Below, in pieces: positions 1 to 6,394 of a stretch of DNA of 64,000 nt. Each line of letters opens with the position of its first letter. The stretch's first letter is position 1. The translations under genes and the position numbers were made by a program. The notes below the pieces were generated by a model. It worked only from the letters and a program-made list of their open reading frames with translations. It did not search any database and had not been told where the DNA came from. Location: assembly GCA_964634445.1 (NCBI GenBank), contig CAZWJA010000002.1, forward strand, positions 9,844 to 73,843, given 5' to 3'. Source of the stretch: an uncultured Candidatus Saccharibacteria bacterium. GTDB taxonomy: Bacteria; Patescibacteriota; Saccharimonadia; Saccharimonadales; AWTP1-31.

Positions 1-101
1 GAGAGATAGGACAGACGGATATAGGCACGACCGAAACCGAAGTCTACCTGACAGGCCAGGGAATGGCGCTGACAGCCATGGTCCTAGACTCCGACAGCTA
101 A
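1..101 (+). CDS. C-terminal fragment of an unidentified protein (gene runs off the left edge)
   Basis: Frame 3 is open from the window edge to TAA at 99-101 (...EIGQTDIGTTETEVYLTGQGMALTAMVLDSDS*). No motif recognised. Confidence 0.3.
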   Translation, partial: EIGQTDIGTTETEVYLTGQGMALTAMVLDSDS

Positions 102-112
102 TAAACTAACGC

Positions 113-958
113 CTAAGCCGGCTGGATAGCGGCACTGATACGTTCGACAGATTCGATCACGTCGTAATCGTTGAACCACATGACATGCCAGCCGGCTTTC
201 TGCGCCGGTATCAGGTTGGCTCTGGTATCGTCGATTAGCAGAAGTTCATTGCTGGCGACACCCGCCATTGCCTCGGCTACTTCGTAAATTCTAGGGTTCG
301 GCTTGATATCCCCGACTTTAGAAGAGTCTACGATCGCATCGAATTTCACGTCAGGCAACAATCCATTGCGCTTCATATCTTCTACGAAGCCTTCGCCGAT
401 GTTGCTGAGCAGTCCTATCCGGTAGTGTTCTCCAGCCCATTTAACTAAGGAGTGCATTTCCATGATCGGCTCGACGGCAGCCAAGTAGTAATCCTGCCAG
501 TTTATTGTTGATAATCCCAGGTCTTTAGCAAAAACTTTATTGAATTCCGCGGTACTCATCTCTCCGCTGCAGACGGCATCGTTGTATTTCCAGAAATACG
601 TCTCGATAACGTCAGGGGAGAGGTCGGTATCTTCTGCAATTGCTGTAAACGCCCTGTGGAAAAACCTAACCAAACAGCCGTTAATATCGAAGTAAATGAA
701 CTTTACGCCGCTCTTCGTCTGCTTCTTATTAGACTTCCCGCCCAAGGAACTGCCAACGAGATCGTCTAGAGAGGAGCTAAGGACATCAGCTATTTGTTTG
801 ATGGTAAAAATTGACGGCGCTTTAATAGCGCCTCTTTCAATTTTAGCCAGCGTTGAATAACTCAGCCCAGCTTTCTGGCACATAGCCTGCTGAGTTAAGC
901 CAGCTCTCTGCCTAGCTCTCTGCAGAGTTAAACCCAAACCCTTCTCATCCATAGCCAT
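113..958 (-). CDS. XRE-family HTH domain fused to a HAD-like hydrolase domain
   Basis: N-terminal XRE-type HTH (LTQQAMCQKAGLSYSTLAKIERG). C-terminal HAD core motifs: I FDINGCL, II LLSNIG, III KPNPRIY, IV LIDDT. Confidence 0.8.
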   Translation of the reverse strand: MAMDEKGLGLTLQRARQRAGLTQQAMCQKAGLSYSTLAKIERGAIKAPSIFTIKQIADVLSSSLDDLVGSSLGGKSNKKQTKSGVKFIYFDINGCLVRFFHRAFTAIAEDTDLSPDVIETYFWKYNDAVCSGEMSTAEFNKVFAKDLGLSTINWQDYYLAAVEPIMEMHSLVKWAGEHYRIGLLSNIGEGFVEDMKRNGLLPDVKFDAIVDSSKVGDIKPNPRIYEVAEAMAGVASNELLLIDDTRANLIPAQKAGWHVMWFNDYDVIESVERISAAIQPA

Positions 959-963
959 ATAAT

Positions 964-979
964 ACCAATTAATATTGGT
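964..979. promoter_or_regulatory. Inverted repeat ACCAAT-TAAT-ATTGGT just upstream of the XRE-HAD start codon (candidate operator)
   Basis: Read directly: accaattaatattggt at 964-979, 6 nt from the ATG at 958 on the minus strand. Confidence 0.3.
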
Positions 980-1006
980 TTTACCTAAAAATAAAGTACT
1001 AAGAGG

Positions 1007-1189
1007 CTACCCGATAAAATTGGCTACAGAGCCGATAATAGTCAGGAATACTATGAATGCAATTACTCCGACAACGCCGGCAACTATCACTGATTTCTGG
1101 GTTATTCCGCCGAACCTTTTCTGCGCCTGGTTATACACCCAAGCGGCTACGCCTACAGCGAAAATAAAAGATGATAGTACGTTTCCCAT
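1007..1189 (-). CDS. Small two-helix membrane protein (hypothetical)
   Basis: 60-aa ORF with two hydrophobic helices (FIFAVGVAAWVY; VIVAGVVGVIAFIVFLTIIGSV). Preferred over the overlapping low-complexity plus-strand ORF 975-1244. No clear SD. Confidence 0.4.
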   Translation of the reverse strand: MGNVLSSFIFAVGVAAWVYNQAQKRFGGITQKSVIVAGVVGVIAFIVFLTIIGSVANFIG

Positions 1190-1245
1190 TTGGATTAATT
1201 ATACATTAGTTATGGTTAATTGCTTACCTATTAATAAAGTATAAT

Positions 1246-1286
1246 CTTAATTAAGTGTTGACTTAATTAAGTAATTGCTTTATTAT
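1246..1286 (+). promoter_or_regulatory. Sigma70-like promoter (TTGACT-17-TATTAT) bracketed by two copies of the palindrome CTTAATTAAG(T)
   Basis: TTGACT 1258-1263, TATTAT 1281-1286. CTTAATTAAGT at 1246-1256 and 1262-1272. ATG of the ArsR gene at 1293, 6 nt after the -10. Confidence 0.45.
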
Positions 1287-1292
1287 TATTTC

Positions 1293-1601
1293 ATGGATAA
1301 ATTCTATGCACTTGCAGCACCAATCCGCCGGGAGATTATTGAACTGCTTGCAGAAAGCAAAGAGCTGACTGCAACAGCTATCGCGGATAAATTCCAGGTA
1401 AGCCCGTCTGCAATTTCTCAGCACCTAAGCGTATTGCTGAACAGCGATATAGTTAGGATGCATAAACAGGCTCAACAAAGAATATATGAGCTAAATTCAA
1501 CTACACTTGCCGAGCTAGAAGGGTGGGTGAATGAAATGACAAACCAGATAAAAAATCTTGCCGACAACACTCCAACTCTTAAAGGCGCTAAAAAGCCTTA
1601 A
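1293..1601 (+). CDS. ArsR/SmtB-family transcriptional regulator
   Basis: Winged-helix signature IRREIIELL...LTATAIADKFQVSPSAISQHLSVL. ATG 1293 preferred over the track's TTG 1275, which lies inside the predicted promoter. Confidence 0.85.
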   Translation: MDKFYALAAPIRREIIELLAESKELTATAIADKFQVSPSAISQHLSVLLNSDIVRMHKQAQQRIYELNSTTLAELEGWVNEMTNQIKNLADNTPTLKGAKKP

Positions 1602-1638
1602 AAACTTATCACGCGTCTGAAGATGTATAAGGAGTAGT

Positions 1639-2175
1639 ATGTATCACGAAATAATGATTGCCGGTATACTGGCGGGTGCTGTGGGCGGTGGAGCAGTAGG
1701 GGGTATTGTTGGGCTTATTGCAAATTCCGACAATGAAGAGGTGGTAAAGCAGGATCCAGCGGTTGTTCTTGAATTAAATTCCTCCCATGAACATGCAGTC
1801 AGAAGATTCGAAACACTGAATAAACAAGGCGAATTAATAGAAGTGGAACTGGGTGAGAAATGTATCAGATTAATCCAGAAATACGAGATAGAGGAACCGG
1901 ATGTTCAGCTTGCCAAGGTAGCTCAGCTTGGCAGAGCTGCTTGCGGCAATACCGTTACTGAAGTTCAGGAATCAATTAAAAGTTACGAGAACAGTATGGA
2001 TGCGGTTAGCGACGCAAGAAGAGAGGTCAGATTAAAAAAAGCGAAATTAAATAGTATAACGCACCCTAAATCTGAAAAAGACGATACGCTAGCGTATGCT
2101 ATCGGAGGCGCTGTTGTTGGCGCCTTAGCGCTGGGAGCGGCCGGAGCATTTTTCGATCGCGTCTTTGATTTCTGA
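1639..2175 (+). CDS. Hypothetical membrane protein with glycine-zipper segments at both termini
   Basis: AGILAGAVGGGAVGGIVGLIA at the N-terminus and AIGGAVVGALALGAAGAFF at the C-terminus flank a charged helical middle. SD-like aaggag precedes the ATG. Confidence 0.6.
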   Translation: MYHEIMIAGILAGAVGGGAVGGIVGLIANSDNEEVVKQDPAVVLELNSSHEHAVRRFETLNKQGELIEVELGEKCIRLIQKYEIEEPDVQLAKVAQLGRAACGNTVTEVQESIKSYENSMDAVSDARREVRLKKAKLNSITHPKSEKDDTLAYAIGGAVVGALALGAAGAFFDRVFDF

Positions 2176-2176
2176 T

Positions 2177-2875
2177 ATGGGCAGTGCTAATAAGAATAGT
2201 GAAATAGTTTTTTGGAATACCTGGTATAGATCTTCGGTCGAGAAGCAGGCAGAGCATTTAAGAAGCCTGCTGCCTGATAACTCATCAGACATGCTGCTGT
2301 GCTTATCAGAAGCAACCTACGGCAATGATTCAGGCCTTGTAGATAAATTAATTGGCAAAGGGTACAAGACGGCCTATACGCATACAAGCCGAGTAGGCCA
2401 AGGCTTAATGGAAGGACTGTGTTTTGCCTCGTTAAAAGAGTTCGACGACCTGCCGACATTCGAACAAATAAGTAAATCTAGAGCGATTGCTAATACAAAA
2501 ACAAGGTGGCTAGGCAGGATTGTCTTTAACGGCATAAGCGTAATAACGTCCCATACTTCATACCCATCGCCAAAAAGCGAAGAAATAGAAAGCATTATTA
2601 GTCTTGTTGAACCCGATCTGAAAGAAAATATGCCCCTAGTACTAGGGGGAGACTTTAATACTTTGATTAATAAAAAAGATTTTGTTAATCAAATAGAAAA
2701 TACTGGGCTAATTAAATTGGGGGCTGGTTCAGCCACGTGCGGTATTAACAGCATCTTTGGTTTCGAATTAGATCATGTATTTGTTAGCAGTAATCTACTG
2801 GAAAAATGCGAATTCAACTTATTCACCAGGGGCCCATCCAATCACTCGCCATTAGTAGTCAGTATAAAAAATTAA
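2177..2875 (+). CDS. Endonuclease/exonuclease/phosphatase (EEP) family protein
   Basis: EEP motifs IVFWNTW, LGGDFN, LDHVFVS, SNHSPLVV. ATG 2177 lies 1 nt after the upstream TGA (the track starts at TTG 2165). Confidence 0.8.
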   Translation: MGSANKNSEIVFWNTWYRSSVEKQAEHLRSLLPDNSSDMLLCLSEATYGNDSGLVDKLIGKGYKTAYTHTSRVGQGLMEGLCFASLKEFDDLPTFEQISKSRAIANTKTRWLGRIVFNGISVITSHTSYPSPKSEEIESIISLVEPDLKENMPLVLGGDFNTLINKKDFVNQIENTGLIKLGAGSATCGINSIFGFELDHVFVSSNLLEKCEFNLFTRGPSNHSPLVVSIKN

Positions 2876-3267
2876 AAAGCTAGCCGCTTGGCAATTTCGG
2901 CTAGTTCGTCGTGGTCTGGTTCGGTATCCATGTCTGGCTCTGCTCTAAACTCGATTCCTGAATTTATTGGAATAAGCTTTGCATGGGCATGCGCAACCTC
3001 AAGTCCTTCTATTTGTAGGCCGATGCGTTTCTTGTTTGGAAATTCTAGCTTAAGCCTTTCAGCTACTTTCCGGATAGTATTCCAGAAGGCGGTAGAATCT
3101 TCACCCGTGATATCCATGAACGTTTCATACGGAGTCTTAGTGACCACTAAAGTATGTCCAGGCTGAACCGGATGTATATCTAGAAACACAAAAGTCCGGT
3201 CGTCTTCGTAAATCTTGTGGCAGGGAATTTCGCCTTTAATTATCTTGGTGAATACGGTGTCGCTCAT
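2872..3267 (-). CDS. HIT-family protein with atypical triad (HAHAK)
   Basis: HIT fold signature (FTKIIKGEIPCHKIYEDD, FLDIHPVQPGHTLVV). The triad region reads VAHAHAKLIP instead of HxHxHxx. SD GGGAGGAG lies inside the upstream gene. Confidence 0.85.
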   Translation of the reverse strand: MSDTVFTKIIKGEIPCHKIYEDDRTFVFLDIHPVQPGHTLVVTKTPYETFMDITGEDSTAFWNTIRKVAERLKLEFPNKKRIGLQIEGLEVAHAHAKLIPINSGIEFRAEPDMDTEPDHDELAEIAKRLAF

Positions 3268-3455
3268 TACACTCCTCCCTTGAACTCCGCAAGCTGGGCT
3301 TCAAGCTCGTCAACTTTCTTGGCTATTTCTCCGACTATATCGCACAGGCCAGCTATTTCTTCGTCCTGTATTGATACAGTCTCTTCTAGTGTTGCATTAT
3401 CGTTTTTACGTTTACCAATTTGGTATTCTTGAAATAATTCCCAAACTAAACTCAT
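3267..3455 (-). CDS. Small acidic helical protein (hypothetical), translationally coupled to the HIT gene
   Basis: 62-aa ORF with SD AAAGGAG 7 nt upstream. Its TAA overlaps the HIT ATG (TAATG at 3265-3269). Confidence 0.6.
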   Translation of the reverse strand: MSLVWELFQEYQIGKRKNDNATLEETVSIQDEEIAGLCDIVGEIAKKVDELEAQLAEFKGGV

Positions 3456-3530
3456 AGTTTTCTCCTTTAGTTACATGAATATTGTAATCCAATCTTTATA
3501 AGTTAGCCCGATCCATCGTACAATGAACTT

Positions 3531-4712
3531 ATGCCTAAAAAAATATTTCACTGGCTATTCGCAACAGCCTTCAGTAGTTCGCTGTTCTTTTTTATCATAA
3601 CTGCCACTGCAGTCACACTAATCAGGCCGGATCATATCAAAACCTGGGTCAATGACAGCGGCATATACAAGACTTTGCCGGATACCTTGATAAAAGAGGT
3701 TCAGAAGAAACAGGACGCAGAGGGCGGGGGTAACGAAGGCATTAACTTCAAAGACAATGGCGTCCAGGATGCAGCCGCCAAAGCCTTAAGCCCAGATTTT
3801 TTGAAAAGCTCGACCGAGCAGTTTGTCGACGGCACCTTCAACTGGGTCGACGGCAAGACGGACAAGCCGGACTTCAAGATCGACGTTTTAGGCGCCAAGC
3901 AAAAGTTCGCTGACGAACTGACGGCGTATGCTAGAAACCGCTACCTTGGCTTGCCAGCCTGTGGACGCACACAGCTACCGAAAACAACCGATCCCCTGAC
4001 GATAGACTGCCGGCCGGCAGTCGGTTTGGATATCGACCAGCTAAGCAAAGCTTACACATCCCAAATATTAGACAATAAGGATTTCCTGCCGGATCCGCAG
4101 ATAACAGCCGACACGCTCAGCACAAAAGAAGATCAAGGACCTGCCAAACCGGCGTTTGAATCTAATTCAATTCCTGATGCCTATAAGATCTTGAAACTGT
4201 TGCCGTATGTTCTGGCAGCAACAACAATTATTTCAGCGATCGGATTTATTTTTACAGATGAATCTAAAAAACGTGGCTTAAATAAGGTTGGCCGGCGGTT
4301 AGTCATCACCGGACTTCTAACATTTTTGATTATTCTAGCTGGTTCATTCGGGTTGGCAAAACTAAAGGAAAAATTTGCTTCTCAAACTGATGCATCGTCT
4401 TCTGCGTACGCCTTTAAACAGACTTTGTTCTCAGTTCTTGATTCACTCCAAGCGGACATAGTCAAAACCAGCGGTATCATAGCTGGAGTAATCCTAATTA
4501 TCGGATTAATCATTGTTGTCAGCCTTAAAATACTCGGACGCAATAGCAAGCCAAAACCAAGTCCTAAGCCCATATCCGACAAAGAATTCCTGCATGATAA
4601 GCCGCACTCTAGTAACGCGCCGCATGAGCCGGAAGAAAAACGTCCCGAACCGACAACTGCACCGCCAGTGTCCAAACCTGCCAGCAAACGCAAACCACCT
4701 TTGATCCAGTAG
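3531..4712 (+). CDS. Hypothetical membrane protein with Pro/Lys-rich C-terminal tail
   Basis: N-terminal TM (FATAFSSSLFFFIITATAV), three further TM segments near residues 210-330, and a PKPSPKP...PPVSKPASKRKPP tail. Confidence 0.7.
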   Translation: MPKKIFHWLFATAFSSSLFFFIITATAVTLIRPDHIKTWVNDSGIYKTLPDTLIKEVQKKQDAEGGGNEGINFKDNGVQDAAAKALSPDFLKSSTEQFVDGTFNWVDGKTDKPDFKIDVLGAKQKFADELTAYARNRYLGLPACGRTQLPKTTDPLTIDCRPAVGLDIDQLSKAYTSQILDNKDFLPDPQITADTLSTKEDQGPAKPAFESNSIPDAYKILKLLPYVLAATTIISAIGFIFTDESKKRGLNKVGRRLVITGLLTFLIILAGSFGLAKLKEKFASQTDASSSAYAFKQTLFSVLDSLQADIVKTSGIIAGVILIIGLIIVVSLKILGRNSKPKPSPKPISDKEFLHDKPHSSNAPHEPEEKRPEPTTAPPVSKPASKRKPPLIQ

Positions 4713-4752
4713 GCTAGGGGTAAACCCTCTGTTAGAATAAATCTGTCAGTCT

Positions 4753-4842
4753 GGAGAGGTGTCCGAGTGGTTGAAGGAGCTGCTCTCGAAAAGCAGTATG
4801 CCGGAAACGGTATCGAGGGTTCGAATCCCTCCCTCTCCGCCA
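4753..4842 (+). tRNA. tRNA-Ser (anticodon CGA), CCA encoded
   Basis: Acceptor GGAGAGG/CCTCTCC, anticodon arm CTGCT-CTCGAAA-AGCAG, long variable arm, T arm GAGGG-TTCGAAT-CCCTC, 3' GCCA. Confidence 0.9.
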
Positions 4843-4880
4843 TATATTTTAGACTGTAAAAGTATCTAAATACTTTACAA

Positions 4881-4912
4881 GGTATATACCAAGGTATATA
4901 CTACGGTATATG
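4881..4912 (+). promoter_or_regulatory. Three 12-bp-phased copies of GGTATAT(A) upstream of and overlapping the antitoxin start (candidate TA operator)
   Basis: GGTATATACC 4881-4890 (self-palindromic), GGTATATACT 4893-4902, GGTATATG 4905-4912 (contains the ATG at 4910). Confidence 0.45.
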
Positions 4913-5197
4913 AATAAACTAGACAAAACTATTATTAATCTAAAGGTCAGTAAAGAACTTAAGCGTGAAGCTCAAGATTTAGCAGATGAAATCGGCGTGC
5001 CTTTGACTACTGTGATTACTGCTAATTTGAAAGAGTTTGTCAGAAGCCGTTCGCTTTCCATATCGGCATTTCCACGTCTCAAACCGGAGGTAGAAGCAGA
5101 AATTGGCGAGGCAATTGCCGAATACAAAACAGGTAAGGATATCTCTCTGGCTTTTGACACCCCTAAAGACGCTGCCAATTACCTGCGCAAATTATGA
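4910..5197 (+). CDS. RelB/DinJ-like ribbon-helix-helix antitoxin
   Basis: N-terminal RHH-like pattern (IINLKVSKELKREAQDLADEIGVPLTTVITANLKEFV). 4-nt overlap with the downstream toxin gene. Confidence 0.75.
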   Translation: MNKLDKTIINLKVSKELKREAQDLADEIGVPLTTVITANLKEFVRSRSLSISAFPRLKPEVEAEIGEAIAEYKTGKDISLAFDTPKDAANYLRKL

Positions 5198-5454
5198 AGA
5201 TTGTCTACAGCAAGCAGTTTCTCAAATCGGTTTCCAAGCTCCAACCGAAAATTAAGGACAAGCTAGCAGATAGAATTGAGCTGTTTGCCAACGACCCAAC
5301 CGACAAGCAGCTTCGAAATCATCCCCTAAATACGCCGCACAAGGGCTGTTACAGCATAAATATTACCGGGGACTACCGAGCTATTTATTATCTAGCGGAT
5401 TACCAAACTGCTTTATTCACGCACATCGGTACCCATAGCCAGCTATATCGCTAA
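5194..5454 (+). CDS. YafQ/RelE-family mRNA interferase toxin
   Basis: 86 aa with the pattern DKQLRNHPL...GDYRAIYY...HIGTHSQLY, typical of YafQ/RelE toxins. ATGA overlap with the antitoxin. Confidence 0.8.
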   Translation: MKIVYSKQFLKSVSKLQPKIKDKLADRIELFANDPTDKQLRNHPLNTPHKGCYSINITGDYRAIYYLADYQTALFTHIGTHSQLYR

Positions 5455-5497
5455 TCAGCGAATAAGAATAACCCGGGTTAGATTCTCATACGTCGGC

Positions 5498-5641
5498 TTA
5501 TTTAATTCCGGCCGTTTTGTTAGCAACCGCATCAATATTCGAGTAAAAATTCTTCATCTGATTCAGCTCAGGCATAACCAAAGTACTAAGCAAATAGTAG
5601 GGAACAGCCACAAAAAAGAATATCAGAATCAAATATTTCAT
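5498..5641 (-). CDS. Possible 47-aa single-TM peptide (not in ORF track)
   Basis: Own translation: MKYLILIFFFVAVPYYLLSTLVMPELNQMKNFYSNIDAVANKTAGIK*. Hydrophobic N-terminus; no strong SD. Confidence 0.3.
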   Translation of the reverse strand: MKYLILIFFFVAVPYYLLSTLVMPELNQMKNFYSNIDAVANKTAGIK

Positions 5642-5709
5642 TTGCGCTAATATCTCAAACTGCGAGCACAAATGCAAGCATGAGCGTAGGTATTTTATTA
5701 CCTTTTAAA

Positions 5710-5799
5710 TTATTCGCCGCTTAATGCGGCTGAGTCGAAGCACCACAGTTCGTTCGTTTCACTGTCGCGCATGTAATATCTTTGGATTCGTACTCCCAT
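5710..5799 (-). CDS. Possible 29-aa peptide with strong SD (not in ORF track)
   Basis: Own translation: MGVRIQRYYMRDSETNELWCFDSAALSGE*. GGAAGGAG lies about 8 nt upstream of the ATG. Confidence 0.25.
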   Translation of the reverse strand: MGVRIQRYYMRDSETNELWCFDSAALSGE

Positions 5800-5909
5800 T
5801 AATGTACTCCTTCCAGTTTTAGCTTAACAATTAACCATTAGAGTAAAAGTAAAATATATTACAAACTAATTTACTTCTAAGAAACTATCTTTTTCCGTAT
5901 ACTACAAGC

Positions 5910-6350
5910 ATGAATCAAGCATCTAGAGCTATTATTATTAATAATGACAAAATACTGGTCATGTTCAGAAACAAGCACGGCAGCCAATATTACACGCTTG
6001 TTGGTGGCCGGGTAGACAAGAATGAAACCCCAGAGCAAGCTCTCGTTCGAGAAGTTAAAGAAGAAACCGGGCTTGATGTAACTAGTAGCAAATTAGTTTT
6101 CTTTGAGAACCATCCGGAACCATATAACAAGCAGTATATATTTCTATGTTCTGTAGCCAATACAGATAATACTGCTATCCAAGATGCGTCAGAAGAAGAT
6201 CTAATGAACAGACTAGGCGCCAATATTCATACGCCTTTCTGGACAGACATAAAAGCCTTCCATAATCTGTCTTTCCGTACGCCTCAGCTCCAGCAGGCAA
6301 TACTCGATGGAATTAAAAACGGTTTTCCAACTCAGCCGATTACACTTTAA
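5910..6350 (+). CDS. NUDIX hydrolase
   Basis: Nudix box GGRVDKNETPEQALVREVKEETGL (GX5EX7REUXEEXGU). Confidence 0.9.
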   Translation: MNQASRAIIINNDKILVMFRNKHGSQYYTLVGGRVDKNETPEQALVREVKEETGLDVTSSKLVFFENHPEPYNKQYIFLCSVANTDNTAIQDASEEDLMNRLGANIHTPFWTDIKAFHNLSFRTPQLQQAILDGIKNGFPTQPITL

Positions 6351-6394
6351 GTGACCAAATTACTGAATAGATTCAAGTTATATTAAGTATTATT

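Noticed and set aside
975-1244. 89-aa plus-strand ORF overlapping the 60-aa minus-strand ORF
   Set aside because: The translation is Thr/Pro/Ile-rich and unstructured-looking, whereas the opposite-strand product forms two clean TM helices. Only one of the two can reasonably be real, and neither is certain.
4382-4843. 153-aa minus-strand ORF from the track
   Set aside because: It starts inside tRNA-Ser(CGA) and runs antisense through the well-supported 393-aa membrane protein gene. Its low-complexity Gly/Leu/Arg-rich translation is typical of an antisense artefact.
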